DNA of 64,000 bases from Candidatus Woesearchaeota archaeon (lineage in GTDB: Archaea; Nanobdellota; Nanobdellia; Woesearchaeales; JAZDKJ01), in NCBI GenBank assembly GCA_043803105.1, contig JAZDKJ010000006.1:478638-542637 (forward strand), given 5' to 3'. Below, one piece after another: positions 10,059 through 20,094 of this stretch. A program made the translations under genes and the position numbers. Every line of letters starts with the position of its first letter. Within the stretch, counting starts at the first letter, position 1. The notes beneath the pieces were generated by a model. The model was not told where the DNA came from, ran no database searches, and saw only the letters and a list, made by a program, of their open reading frames with translations.

Positions 10059-10577
10059 CCAAACAATGAAGCCTCGGTCTTAAGGCTCCTGTTTGAAAAT
10101 CCTACCAGGAAATTCTATATCAGGGAGTTGGCAAGGCTTCTCAAGCTCAATCCCAATACAGTAATCAACATTACCAAAAGATTAGAAAAACAAAACCTCA
10201 TTAAGAGAGAAAAAAAACGGCATGTGACCGAAATATTGTCTAACATTGAAAACAAAGTATATATTGAAAAAAAAAGGGTTTTCAACCTTGCGAGATTATA
10301 CGAATCAGGCATTGTGAGCTTCCTCGAGGAAAATTTCTCTCCTAAGGCGGTAGTTGTCATCGGAAGCTATAGCAGGGGCGAGGACATTGAGAGAAGTGAT
10401 GTGGATATAGTTGTGATAACAAATAAGAAAGAAAAAGACCTTGATTTGAGTCGCTTTGAGAAGTTTCTTTCCAGGAAAATGCATGTACTTTGCGGAAATA
10501 TTGATGTTTTTTCCGACGAATTCTACACAAATGTTATTAACGGAATAATTCTTAGTGGTTACTTGGAACAGAAATGA
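10041..10577 (+). CDS. HTH + minimal nucleotidyltransferase (MNT antitoxin-like)
   Basis: YIRELARLLKLNPNTV HTH; IGSYSRGED..RSDVDIVV. Confidence 0.85.
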   Translation: MQLYNKPNNEASVLRLLFENPTRKFYIRELARLLKLNPNTVINITKRLEKQNLIKREKKRHVTEILSNIENKVYIEKKRVFNLARLYESGIVSFLEENFSPKAVVVIGSYSRGEDIERSDVDIVVITNKKEKDLDLSRFEKFLSRKMHVLCGNIDVFSDEFYTNVINGIILSGYLEQK

Positions 10578-10646
10578 AGCCTTTTGAATATTATCTGGAA
10601 ACAAACGAAGTTAGGAAAATCCATGAAGGTATTGGACTAGCAAGGT
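10574..10646 (+). pseudogene. Truncated partner (HEPN-like) gene after the MNT
   Basis: ATGA-coupled start MKPFEYYLETNEVRK...LARS runs into the convergent relE gene after about 24 codons. Confidence 0.45.
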
Positions 10647-10913
10647 CTACTTATAAATTTGGTCGTGATGGTCAAAGTCAATGAACCTTATCCTGTTTTC
10701 TTCCTTGCTGAATTGGAATATTAGCACAAAGTGTCCAACGTGAATCCTTTTCCTGTCTTTCATGTCATATCTGAGATTCTTATAGTGCTCCACATCTTGG
10801 CAGTTAATCACTTCTTCAATCTTTTTCAGGACTCTCTCGTACAACAGTCTGTCTTTATTTGATAGTTTATTGAGAACTTCTTTTAGGTGAGGGACAATCT
10901 CATATGAATACTT
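10647..10913 (-). CDS. RelE/StbE family toxin with AAG at the expected start position (possible pseudogene)
   Basis: The frame continues upstream of the TTG as (K)YSYEIVPHLKEVLNKL...; YKNLRYDMK..KRIHVGHFVL..FDHHDQIY. Confidence 0.7.
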   Translation of the reverse strand, partial: KYSYEIVPHLKEVLNKLSNKDRLLYERVLKKIEEVINCQDVEHYKNLRYDMKDRKRIHVGHFVLIFQFSKEENRIRFIDFDHHDQIYK

Positions 10914-10914
10914 T

Positions 10915-11154
10915 CTATCCCTCGATGACCTTTCTAAGCTGTCCTATATTTCTGAAAGGAATTCCCTTCTGTTTTTCTAGCTTTTTCAGTTTTTCTATGT
11001 ACTTTGGTCTCAATTCGGGTTCGAGGAGTTCTTCCTTGTATTGGTGTGCCATGATATTGATTGCCGCGCTTTTGTCCTTCAATCCGTATTTAGCTTTGAC
11101 AATGTTAAGCACCCTGTTTGTATCTTCATCAATCCTGATAATTGCCTGTACCAT
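10915..11154 (-). CDS. DUF2683-like antitoxin
   Basis: MVQAIIRIDE.TNRVLNIVKAKYGLKDKSAAI...EPELRP. Confidence 0.7.
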   Translation of the reverse strand: MVQAIIRIDEDTNRVLNIVKAKYGLKDKSAAINIMAHQYKEELLEPELRPKYIEKLKKLEKQKGIPFRNIGQLRKVIEG

Positions 11155-11251
11155 AATATCACCTTAATATCTTATTAATACCATGTTAATATATAAACTT
11201 TTTGCTCGACTCGCATAACATTTATTAACTCAGAATCCTTCCACAGCTTTA

Positions 11252-12403
11252 ATGGATTATGGCAAGGAATCAATAAAGCTCCATGAACAGCATAAAGGCA
11301 AGCTGGAAATTCGTTCTAAAGTAAGCATTAAGACAAAGGACGACTTAAGCATTGCCTACACCCCTGGGGTTGCTTATGTCTGCATGGAGATAGCTAAGGA
11401 TAAGTCAAGGGTTTTCGACCTTACCCTAAAAGCAAACAGCGTTGCTGTAGTCACAGACGGCACTGCAGTCTTAGGCCTGGGAAACATCGGCCCTTATGCT
11501 TCTATTCCTGTCATGGAAGGTAAGGCAATCCTTTTCAAGGAGTTTGCAGATATTGATGCATTCCCATTGGCTTTAGACACAAAGGATATTGTGGCTACAG
11601 TCAAGGCAATCGCGCCAGTCTTCGGAGGAATTAATCTTGAGGATATCAAGGCCCCTGAATGCTTTGAGATTGAAGCGCAGTTGCAAGACTTAGGCATTCC
11701 TGTGATGCATGATGACCAGCACGGGACAGCTGTTGTTGTACTGGCAGCCTTGATTAATGCATTGAAAGTTGTTAACAAGAGCATGTCTGAAGTTACCATC
11801 GTGATAAGCGGTGCAGGTGCTGCTGGTATAGCAAGCACAAAGCTCTTGTTGAGCCTAACAGAGAAGCCGAAAGATATCATAGTTCTTGACAGTCAGGGCG
11901 CAATATATGAAGGAAGGCAGGACCTTAACAAATACAAGGAAGAATTAGCCAAATCAACGAACAAGCAAAGCCTCAAAGGCACCTTGGAGCAAGTCATCAA
12001 GGGTGCAGACGTTTTTATCGGAGTATCAAAAGGCAACATTCTCTCACAGCAAGCAGTTGCCACAATGGCCAAGGACTCAATAGTATTTGCTATGGCTAAC
12101 CCTATCCCTGAGATAATGCCTGACAAAGCTTTGGCTGGAGGGGCTGCTGTTGTTGGCACTGGGAGGAGTGATTTTCCGAACCAGATAAATAATGTGCTTG
12201 CCTTTCCAGGCATCTTTAGGGGTGCCTTGGATTGTAGAGCCAAGGCAATAACCCAGGATATGAAGCTTGCTGCTGCCCATGCATTGGCTGATTATCTTAA
12301 GAATCCTGCAAAGGATAATATACTACCAAGCACTTTAGATAAAAATGTTGCGAAGGCTGTTGCTGACGCAGTCAAGAAGGCTGCAGAACCGGCAAAGGTT
12401 TAA
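11252..12403 (+). CDS. NAD(P)-dependent malic enzyme
   Basis: AYTPGVA, DGTAVLGLG, MEGKA, NLEDI, HDDQHGTA, GAGAAG, NQINNVLAFPG. Confidence 0.95.
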   Translation: MDYGKESIKLHEQHKGKLEIRSKVSIKTKDDLSIAYTPGVAYVCMEIAKDKSRVFDLTLKANSVAVVTDGTAVLGLGNIGPYASIPVMEGKAILFKEFADIDAFPLALDTKDIVATVKAIAPVFGGINLEDIKAPECFEIEAQLQDLGIPVMHDDQHGTAVVVLAALINALKVVNKSMSEVTIVISGAGAAGIASTKLLLSLTEKPKDIIVLDSQGAIYEGRQDLNKYKEELAKSTNKQSLKGTLEQVIKGADVFIGVSKGNILSQQAVATMAKDSIVFAMANPIPEIMPDKALAGGAAVVGTGRSDFPNQINNVLAFPGIFRGALDCRAKAITQDMKLAAAHALADYLKNPAKDNILPSTLDKNVAKAVADAVKKAAEPAKV

Positions 12404-12432
12404 ATAGGAGATTAACTCAAACCATACTTAAG

Positions 12433-12633
12433 ATGAAAATAACCGTAATCTTGGAAAAGCAGGAGGAAGGTGGCTTCACTGCCTTTGTCCCTTCCTTGCC
12501 TGGCTGCATCTCCGAAGGAGACACAAAGCAAGAGGCCTTGAAAAACATCAAGGAAGCAATTGAACTTTATCTAGAGCCAGACACAAATGAGTTGGTTGGT
12601 TACTGTGGTGAAAAGTTCAAAGTCTCAGTCTGA
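12433..12633 (+). CDS. hicB: HicB family antitoxin (short form)
   Basis: EEGGFTAFVPSLPGCISEGDTKQEAL.NIKEAI. Confidence 0.9.
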   Translation: MKITVILEKQEEGGFTAFVPSLPGCISEGDTKQEALKNIKEAIELYLEPDTNELVGYCGEKFKVSV

Positions 12634-12857
12634 TGAAATTGCCTGTCATTTCTGGAATCGCACTAATAAGCTGTTTGAAGAAGGCAGGCTTTATTGCCAC
12701 TAGGCAAAAAGGCTCTCACGTAAGGTTGGAGAAATTTGATGGAGAAAAGACCTTGAAGATAACTGTGCCATTGCACGCTGAACTGAAGAAAGGCACCCTG
12801 ACAAGGATAATGAAAGACGCTGGCTTGACAAGGGAGCAATTTGATGAGCTTAACTGA
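12633..12857 (+). CDS. hicA: HicA family toxin
   Basis: GF...RQKGSHV...TVPLH.ELKKGTL. Confidence 0.9.
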   Translation: MKLPVISGIALISCLKKAGFIATRQKGSHVRLEKFDGEKTLKITVPLHAELKKGTLTRIMKDAGLTREQFDELN

Positions 12858-12866
12858 GGTCGCAAA

Positions 12867-13322
12867 ATGAAAACACATCTTGTTGTTGAGGGTTTACTTT
12901 TTCACAAAGGCAAATTGCTCTTGATCAACCATAAGAAATCTGGCTTGTGGATGGGCATTGGTGGCCATATTGCTGAAGATGAAACCCCTGACCAGGCCTT
13001 GAAGCGTGAGTTCAAGGAAGAGATGAATCTTGACATCGAGATTCTCAACAGGAATGACCTTCCGAAGAACGGCAACATTATTGCGCAACTAGCCTTGCCA
13101 TTTTATGTCAACGTGCATAATGTAGGCACTCATAACCATTGCTGCTTTTTCTACCTCTGCAGTGCAAAGAACCTTAACAGGATCAAGCCAAGGCCGAGCG
13201 AAATTGCTGACTTTGCTTGGTTTAGTAAGCAGGACCTGAAGCAAAGCCGGGTTCCTCCTGATGTGAGAAACATTGCCTTAAAAGCGTTTCAATTGACAGA
13301 GCAAAATAAAAGAAAATCGTGA
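12867..13322 (+). CDS. NUDIX hydrolase
   Basis: GGHIAEDETPDQALKREFKEE Nudix box. Confidence 0.9.
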   Translation: MKTHLVVEGLLFHKGKLLLINHKKSGLWMGIGGHIAEDETPDQALKREFKEEMNLDIEILNRNDLPKNGNIIAQLALPFYVNVHNVGTHNHCCFFYLCSAKNLNRIKPRPSEIADFAWFSKQDLKQSRVPPDVRNIALKAFQLTEQNKRKS

Positions 13323-13323
13323 C

Positions 13324-13959
13324 TTAGAGAATTCTTTTCAATTCAAGCAAGGAATGGATTACATTCTTTCCCTTGGCCTTTTTTGTCCTGTCCAAAAGAA
13401 ATGATTTGATGCCGAGCTCAGTTGGCATAACGTAGTCTAACTGCCTGTCATCTCCGATGTGCACTATCTCGCTAGGTTTTATCTTCAGCTTTTTTAGTAT
13501 GGCCCTGAACATTTCCTTGTCTTTCCGAGTTCTATTGAAGGATGTGGGAGCTGAAAATACATGGTCAAAGTATTTGCTTAATTCTTCTGCCTCAAGTTTT
13601 AGCTCAAAGAACTTTTTCTCAGAGTTTGAGGTAATAATCAGTTTATACTTCTTCTTCAAATAATCAAGCGTTGGGATAGTGTCATCAAAGACAAATATGT
13701 GCTTTTTCATGTCAGAAAGAAGCTTCTGCCAATTCCCCAATTTTAGCCTCTTGAACCAGTATGTTATGCTTGTCCATTGGCTTACCCTTTCTATATCCAA
13801 TGCCCTATAATATTGGGAATAAACGAATTGTTTGGCTTCAGCAACGCCAATCTTGTGTTGCTTTGCATAAAGCTTAGGCACCTCTTCGTGCCAAATGAGC
13901 TTGTCAAACTTGTCATTGACAAGCGTTGCGTCCAGGTCAAACGAAACATACTTTATCAT
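13324..13959 (-). CDS. HAD-superfamily hydrolase
   Basis: FDLDATL, ITSN, HIGDD motifs. Confidence 0.9.
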   Translation of the reverse strand: MIKYVSFDLDATLVNDKFDKLIWHEEVPKLYAKQHKIGVAEAKQFVYSQYYRALDIERVSQWTSITYWFKRLKLGNWQKLLSDMKKHIFVFDDTIPTLDYLKKKYKLIITSNSEKKFFELKLEAEELSKYFDHVFSAPTSFNRTRKDKEMFRAILKKLKIKPSEIVHIGDDRQLDYVMPTELGIKSFLLDRTKKAKGKNVIHSLLELKRIL

Positions 13960-14032
13960 GACTGCTGGAGTAAATCAGTCCTTTATATTTCTTGCCAATC
14001 CCAAAAGCTTTTTAAGGTGCATTGCTATTTTT

Positions 14033-14461
14033 ATGCCAATGGCAAACATTGAAAACGGTAAAATTCTTGGAACAGGCCTTAATTCAAACAAGGTACTCTG
14101 CAACAAGGTAGTTGACCAGTTGTACAAACTAAGTGCTGGCATCTCCTTAAATGAAGAAATGCTAAACGATCCTACAAGGGAGCGCATTGAATCCTTGAGA
14201 AAGCTTGGTTTCTATACAGTGCAAGAGGGAAGCATACATCTAAGCGAGGAGTATCATTCTGCAACCTCATGCCTGGACTATGCAAATAGGCTAATGCGCG
14301 TTGGTCTCACTCCATATATTCTGGAACGAAGGTATTCCAGAACAGGTTCACAATTTTGGATAGGTATAACCGAAACTGTTCTTGAGTCAATTATTGCTGG
14401 AGAAATCCAACCTGCCTGCAGGCTTGAGCCAAAGGTTGCAGCCCTCCATCCAGAACCATAA
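14033..14461 (+). CDS. Hypothetical protein
   Basis: ORF with ATG about 25 nt after a TTTTAAG box. Confidence 0.55.
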   Translation: MPMANIENGKILGTGLNSNKVLCNKVVDQLYKLSAGISLNEEMLNDPTRERIESLRKLGFYTVQEGSIHLSEEYHSATSCLDYANRLMRVGLTPYILERRYSRTGSQFWIGITETVLESIIAGEIQPACRLEPKVAALHPEP

Positions 14462-14495
14462 TCAATTTAAAGGTTTAGCTGATTTTTTCTGCTGC

Positions 14496-14909
14496 ATGAG
14501 ATACGAGCGAGGCAGAGATGGTGTTCCTCAAATTGTTTGGGAGAAACAGGACGAGGACCTGTACTTTGCTGTTGAACGTGGAGATGTCTTCGCAGACCTT
14601 TGCTACAGTCTTATGCAGTTAAAGCTTGTTCACGACTACATAAAAAAACAACAGACTGTTCACGTCGCTTCAGCCAGGCAATTAAAGGCAGCGCTCCTAA
14701 ATTTTGATTTCTATTATGAGGAATTGAAAGTCACTCACCGACGGTCAAGCTCACTTCGGATGCCTGAGGTGACCATTGATTCCGTGCTCGAGGCTTTTAA
14801 TGAAAAAAACACTAATTATGTGATGGATGTTGCAGCATGCGTTCGCTCAGAGCAGCGCAAGGCTATGGCAAGGCTTTACAATCTTGATTCTGCTTCATAT
14901 ATAGTCTAG
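14496..14909 (+). CDS. Hypothetical protein
   Basis: ORF with ATG after a TTTAAA box. Confidence 0.55.
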   Translation: MRYERGRDGVPQIVWEKQDEDLYFAVERGDVFADLCYSLMQLKLVHDYIKKQQTVHVASARQLKAALLNFDFYYEELKVTHRRSSSLRMPEVTIDSVLEAFNEKNTNYVMDVAACVRSEQRKAMARLYNLDSASYIV

Positions 14910-15325
14910 AATTTGTAAAGGTTAAGCCCTATCTCTTTTGAAAATTCCCTCTCAAGATTCCCGTCTACCACATCAATAACTGCCTCGAAAGTTGCGCTAA
15001 CTGTTGCAGAATTTAGGTGTCCGCTGATTGATTTGTTATCTTTGTCTCCGATGTTGGCGTGCAGGTGTAGGTAGACCTCTCCCTTCATTGTCGTTATGTT
15101 GCCTGTGAGCGGGCATATCTCATAGTCGCCAGTGTATTCATTTGAATGGTATTTCTTTGTCTGCGTGTCAAACAAGCCGAGCGTAACCTTGCCTGCTGCC
15201 CCTATCCCTGTTACTGTGCCGAGCCTTATGCTGTTGTCCTGGCAGAACTTTTTCAATACCTGAACTATTTCCTCGCCCTTATCTATCCTTAGCATGAACC
15301 TGTCCCTAAATTGCCTGTAGTCCAT
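14906..15325 (-). CDS. PPC-domain (DUF296) protein
   Basis: GEEI...GIGA...GNI...HLHANI...GHL. Confidence 0.9.
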   Translation of the reverse strand: MDYRQFRDRFMLRIDKGEEIVQVLKKFCQDNSIRLGTVTGIGAAGKVTLGLFDTQTKKYHSNEYTGDYEICPLTGNITTMKGEVYLHLHANIGDKDNKSISGHLNSATVSATFEAVIDVVDGNLEREFSKEIGLNLYKF

Positions 15326-15350
15326 CGTTGACAAATAAGAACTCAACTAT

Positions 15351-15755
15351 TTAAATGCTTCTAGGTTGTGCTGCCAGCAAACTCTTGAATGCATCAATCA
15401 CTTTTTGTTCGAATTCTGAACTCCTTTTGTCTATGAGCCCGTTTCCTCCTACTTCAAGCATCAATGCATATGTATCACGATGGAAGTTTGTTACAAGGTA
15501 TGCTGGCGTTCTGTCTCCTGCTTCCCTTAAGTCTCTGATGACCTCAAGCCCTGAGTGAATTGGCATCTGAAAATCCAGAAAGATGCCATTGTATCCATTC
15601 CTGTTTGCTTCTATCCAGGCTTCCCCTCCATCCTTAACATAATCTAGTATTACCTCGGCTCCCTCTTCAACTGCAGCTTTTGAAATTGCGGCAAGAGTTC
15701 TTTTGCCTTCTTCAAAATTGTCATCCGCTATAAGAATTCTCAGCACTTTCTCCAT
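15351..15755 (-). CDS. Stand-alone response-regulator receiver domain
   Basis: ILIADD, FLDFQMP..SGLEV, T and K conserved. Confidence 0.85.
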   Translation of the reverse strand: MEKVLRILIADDNFEEGKRTLAAISKAAVEEGAEVILDYVKDGGEAWIEANRNGYNGIFLDFQMPIHSGLEVIRDLREAGDRTPAYLVTNFHRDTYALMLEVGGNGLIDKRSSEFEQKVIDAFKSLLAAQPRSI

Positions 15756-15792
15756 AGGCAGGTGTGCCTTTTATTTCTTATAAAGCTTTTGC

Positions 15793-16326
15793 CTACCTTA
15801 TATGGCCTTTTGGAATCCGCAGCTTTTGGTTGACAAATATCTTGTCTCCTGCAAGCCTGTTGTATTCCTTAAGCTTTCTCCAATTCCGCTTGTCCTTTGT
15901 ATATCTCTCGGAAATCGTCTGGAGTGTGTCCCCTTTTTGCACCCTGTATTCCATGTCCTGCGCTGCATTGACATTCCGTGTCTCTGTTCTTGTTAAATAT
16001 AGTAGCCCACATGTTCCTAATCCAAATGCGGTGGCAATGGCTACAGCCTTCCTTACCATGCCCTGCCACACCGCAGGCTCTTTGTGCTCTTCCCGAGGTG
16101 CATAGAGCCTCTCCTCACCAAGATTCTTCATCATGCAGTACATCCTGAGTGTTGACCTTAGCTGTTCCATCTCTCTGCTCTTATCTGCCGGATATTCCCT
16201 CGCAAGCTGGTGTATGCCCCTTATTCTTTCAAGCATTTCTTCGTTTAACCCTGTCCTGTAGGTCTGCACAAGGTAATCAACGCCTTCCTTCACTTTGTCT
16301 GTAAGCTCTTCATGCATCATCATCAC
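15793..16326 (-). CDS. Membrane-anchored LysM-domain protein
   Basis: TM segment followed by YRVQKGDTLQTIS...N....I.VNQKLRIP. Confidence 0.85.
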   Translation of the reverse strand: MMMMHEELTDKVKEGVDYLVQTYRTGLNEEMLERIRGIHQLAREYPADKSREMEQLRSTLRMYCMMKNLGEERLYAPREEHKEPAVWQGMVRKAVAIATAFGLGTCGLLYLTRTETRNVNAAQDMEYRVQKGDTLQTISERYTKDKRNWRKLKEYNRLAGDKIFVNQKLRIPKGHIR

Positions 16327-16853
16327 CCGATTACTTTTTCGCAGTATTTTCTTGCTGTTTCATCCCTGATCTGTTTCCTCACAGTTGTCTTGTACAAATC
16401 ATACAGGTTTACAAGACTTCCGTACTTTAGCACAATACCTATTGCTTCGTTTACAGCAAAGACTGCAATGCTTTGCTTATCTCTGGTCTTGAAAAAATAC
16501 CTGGCCCAGAATCCTGCTTTCCAAACTACCTCCACTGCCTTGATTGTGTAAAAAATGCTCATCGCGTTCAGGCACCTAATTCCTGTTTCTATAGGCGCAA
16601 GCGCATACTCCAGATTGTCGATTCTGGCTGCAGTGTCGTAGAGCGCTTTGTATTCCTTGGCTGTCTCCGCATAGAGGCCGAGAAGCCAATCCTGCTTGAG
16701 CCTTGGTTCCGTGCTCACTGAATTGTGTATTGCATCGTTTTCCCTGATTATTTTCTCGATTTCTGATTCTTGATCTATTGCTTTAGGCAAGAAAGCTTGC
16801 TCAATCATTTCCAGGCGTCTTTCAGCCATGCTAAACAAAACCGCTAATCCCAT
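16323..16853 (-). CDS. Hypothetical helical protein
   Basis: Overlapping stop/start within the operon. Confidence 0.6.
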   Translation of the reverse strand: MGLAVLFSMAERRLEMIEQAFLPKAIDQESEIEKIIRENDAIHNSVSTEPRLKQDWLLGLYAETAKEYKALYDTAARIDNLEYALAPIETGIRCLNAMSIFYTIKAVEVVWKAGFWARYFFKTRDKQSIAVFAVNEAIGIVLKYGSLVNLYDLYKTTVRKQIRDETARKYCEKVIG

Positions 16854-17268
16854 TTTCTTCTATCCTCTTTTGTCTTTCATAGCAATCCCTTACCTCTTTG
16901 TCAAGTGTTTGCTCTATCTGTCTCGTTCTCTGATACTGTTCCCCTTCGCATGCAGCCAAATTGATTAAAACAGAATTTGGCAGTCTGATTCCTGTCATTC
17001 CCTTTGCAGAAGCTATTACAGCCTCTATTGTTAGTGCAATCTTGTTGCTGACCTCAACCAAATCATTTCTTATGATTGCATTTTCAAGTCCTTTGAGCTG
17101 CTGCTTCAAGTGCTGCCTGTACAACGGGCTTAAGGATTTGGCATAGTCACCGGTTAGCTCTCTGTATCTCTTGTATTGATTCTCAAAGTCTTTGCCTTTT
17201 AGCATCCCGGTGACTAGCTTGCTGTAGGCTTTAACGCAGCCAATGCATTTTTTTCTTATCTCATCCAT
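16831..17268 (-). CDS. Hypothetical helical protein
   Basis: Overlapping stop/start within the operon. Confidence 0.6.
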   Translation of the reverse strand: MDEIRKKCIGCVKAYSKLVTGMLKGKDFENQYKRYRELTGDYAKSLSPLYRQHLKQQLKGLENAIIRNDLVEVSNKIALTIEAVIASAKGMTGIRLPNSVLINLAACEGEQYQRTRQIEQTLDKEVRDCYERQKRIEENGISGFV

Positions 17269-18379
17269 TTTGAACTAGTTTGTACGCTATTGCCTTGCTG
17301 TCAAGCTGCTTCTGTTTTGTAAATGCCTTCTGCACTTCTGAATCAATTGACTTCATTGTCTGGCTTATCTGCTCCTCAAATGGTCTGATGTCCACAATGT
17401 CTGTGGGCGGGTTCTCATAAAAAACCTGGGCTGTGTTCAGGAGCCCTCCAAGGTATCTTCGGCTTACCTGCATCAAGCCAACCAATTGCTGCCCACTCTC
17501 TAGTGATTGTGCCATGTCCTCGCATACCTCATGCACATTTCTTGTTGACACATTGAGCTGCCTTACCATTGTGCAGAAATTGCGCATATAGCTTACTATC
17601 TGCTCAGCAAGGTATTTTGGTATGTCAAGACATTTTCTGTATACTGTGAGCGCATTCTTCTGGTTTATTGATAATGCCACATTTGTGTCATGCTCCTTTA
17701 GCTGGTATTTTGTCTTTATCACCAGGTTCTCAAGGTCTTCCTTGTTGTTGAGGGTCTTTGCAAAGCCAGTTTCAGTGATTTTCATTGCCTCAAGCTTCTT
17801 GACCAGGTTTGCCAGCACTGACTCATACTTTCCCAGAAGCTTGTACTTGGTGTCAAAGCCGGTTTTTTCCTCAACAAGCATGGCAACATAATCCTTCTCT
17901 AGCTTTCTCATGACAGAGGTTGCCTTGTCTATATTGGAGATAGTCACACCGGTTTCCTTTGCCAGCTCTTCTATTTTGGTTGCAGATTGCTCTATCATGT
18001 TGTAAAGGTCTTGCGGTGTTCCCTCATTCAATGGCACATCTGCCTCAACTTTCTCAAGAAGTGTCTTCTCCACCTTCACTGTCTTAAGCGGCAATTTTAG
18101 CACGCTTCGCACAAGGTTGCTAACTGATTGTGCTGGCTGTTCAGTCACTACCTTTCTTTGGCGTTCCTGTTCCTCTTTCTTTCTGTACTCTCTTTGCAGA
18201 TACTCTTTTAGGCTGCTTTGCAGGAATTCCAGTTGTGACCTCATTTTCTGGTACTTATTCTTGTCTGCTATAACTTCAACCTCTGGCAAGGCTGTGCTCT
18301 GCCTTTGCCTTGTTTCAGTTGTCTGCACTGCCTCTTCAAGAAGTTCCTCGGCGAGCTTGTTTACGTCTGCGTTTCCCAT
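17261..18379 (-). CDS. Long coiled-coil protein
   Basis: K/E/L-rich heptads; first gene of a four-gene operon; GGGTGA Shine-Dalgarno. Confidence 0.65.
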   Translation of the reverse strand: MGNADVNKLAEELLEEAVQTTETRQRQSTALPEVEVIADKNKYQKMRSQLEFLQSSLKEYLQREYRKKEEQERQRKVVTEQPAQSVSNLVRSVLKLPLKTVKVEKTLLEKVEADVPLNEGTPQDLYNMIEQSATKIEELAKETGVTISNIDKATSVMRKLEKDYVAMLVEEKTGFDTKYKLLGKYESVLANLVKKLEAMKITETGFAKTLNNKEDLENLVIKTKYQLKEHDTNVALSINQKNALTVYRKCLDIPKYLAEQIVSYMRNFCTMVRQLNVSTRNVHEVCEDMAQSLESGQQLVGLMQVSRRYLGGLLNTAQVFYENPPTDIVDIRPFEEQISQTMKSIDSEVQKAFTKQKQLDSKAIAYKLVQNG

Positions 18380-18499
18380 CTTATCACCCTGCCATTATAC
18401 AGGACGAGATGCTTATTTAGTGTTATTAAGAAAAAAGCGCAATTGTTTCCAAGAATCCGAAAAATTAATTGGATAGTTCGAAATTTTGCTTGTTGTTTG

Positions 18500-18627
18500 G
18501 GGTTCCATCCCGCAGACGGCACATCAAACTTAGGGTTGGTTGCAATAGCAATCTTCTCAGGCACATTCCCTTCTCGAAACATGTCTAACAAGCCAGCTGT
18601 CGCTAACTGCACATTTTTGTTCATCAT
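18500..18627 (-). pseudogene. N-terminal remnant of an ArdC-like (antirestriction/ssDNA-binding) gene
   Basis: GAGGTG Shine-Dalgarno, then MNKNVQLATAGLLDMFREGNVPEKIAIATNPKFDVPSAGW; the frame then turns non-coding-like. Confidence 0.4.
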
Positions 18628-18695
18628 AGAAATCACCTCAATGATTTTTTCTTTTCAATCAAAAAAAGAAAAAATATCTACCTAATAGAAATTGG

Positions 18696-19949
18696 TTACT
18701 GTGACAGCTTCTGGTTGATTGCTTTAAGATTAAACATGATAATCTGCTGGAGCACCAAACCGAGCTTTTTGTCGTCCCTTTTCTTTGCCCCTTTTGTGGA
18801 AAATACATACTCCTCAAGCAAGCCCAAAGGTATGTCTAGAATGGGGATATCATTCATAAGCAAGAAATGAAATGTGATTAGCCTTGTAGTTCTGCTGTTT
18901 CCGTCAAAAAACGGATGTATATGCTGGAATTCATTGTGTAGGTAGGCTGCGAATTCAAGAATCTCACGAAGAGAATGTTTTTTCTTCTTATTGAACTCAT
19001 TGTATTTTTGCAGCAGTTCTGCAATCATTCCCTCAATCTCGTTATAATGTGCTACCTTGTAATCCGCATTCCCCCTGATAATAACCTTGTTATCCCTAAA
19101 TCTGCCAGCAATCTCTTTCTTATGCTGCATTGCAATAAAGTGGTAATTCAGTATATTTTCCTTTGTAATGACAGGATCATCCTGGATATTCTCTATCATT
19201 TTCAAGAAGGCTTTTTGGTAATTTTCAACCTCATGGATAGATTCCATGCTTAAGTTTTCAGGAACTATTTTATCCCTAAGAAGTTTAAATGTCTGTGCTA
19301 ATGTGATTGGGTTGCCCTCGATGCTTAAGCTATGGTGAATGAATTTAATCTGGTACGTTTCTGTCAATTCTTGGTATTTTCTTTCATTTGAGACTCTAAG
19401 CTTCTTGAACCTAGAAAGCTCTGATTGAATTTCATCAAAATAATCATCTTCTTTTTTCTTAGTTACCATGGGATGATGCCCGTAGTACGCAATAAGATCA
19501 CCAAGAAATGAATTATATGGAACTACAGCTTTGAATGGCTTTCTTGAAAGCACCAACATAAAACCATTTTTCTCAAGAATGCCAGAAACTTTTGAGACGG
19601 TTTTTGCATTCAGGCCAAGGTCTTTCATTCCGAATAATTTTTTTAAGAACGCTTTGCTCAGGTATTTTGCTACAGACTCATCAAACAACTCATTATAATT
19701 AACGCCATTCTTTATGCAGTATTTCAGCATATCATAAAGATGCTGGTGCTTAGCATTCATAGTTGCCTGGTACCCATATTTATTTTTTTCAATGAGCTTC
19801 ATCCCAACAAGAGTGTCAAGTATTTTTCGAATCCTCTGGTATTCTGTTGTTTTCCTCTTAAAGGCTTTGACAATATCTATGCTGCCTTTTGGATTGCCGC
19901 TCTTGTATAATTCAACAAAAACATCATATTTTGTTACCATATGAACCAC
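18696..19949 (-). CDS. Fic family protein with an N-terminal wHTH-like extension
   Basis: HPFFDGNSRTTR Fic motif; HSLSIEGN inhibitory-helix-like motif. Confidence 0.9.
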   Translation of the reverse strand: MVHMVTKYDVFVELYKSGNPKGSIDIVKAFKRKTTEYQRIRKILDTLVGMKLIEKNKYGYQATMNAKHQHLYDMLKYCIKNGVNYNELFDESVAKYLSKAFLKKLFGMKDLGLNAKTVSKVSGILEKNGFMLVLSRKPFKAVVPYNSFLGDLIAYYGHHPMVTKKKEDDYFDEIQSELSRFKKLRVSNERKYQELTETYQIKFIHHSLSIEGNPITLAQTFKLLRDKIVPENLSMESIHEVENYQKAFLKMIENIQDDPVITKENILNYHFIAMQHKKEIAGRFRDNKVIIRGNADYKVAHYNEIEGMIAELLQKYNEFNKKKKHSLREILEFAAYLHNEFQHIHPFFDGNSRTTRLITFHFLLMNDIPILDIPLGLLEEYVFSTKGAKKRDDKKLGLVLQQIIMFNLKAINQKLSQ

Positions 19950-20094
19950 CTAATTTGTACCGCTTAATAAATCTTTCTATTTGGTACAAGAAATACAAAA
20001 AATGTGTACTTTTTGTACTAAATAACATATTTAATAAATAAGCGTATAATGCACAAAAAGCAAAGAAAAATTGTAAAAATCATGCTAAATAGCA

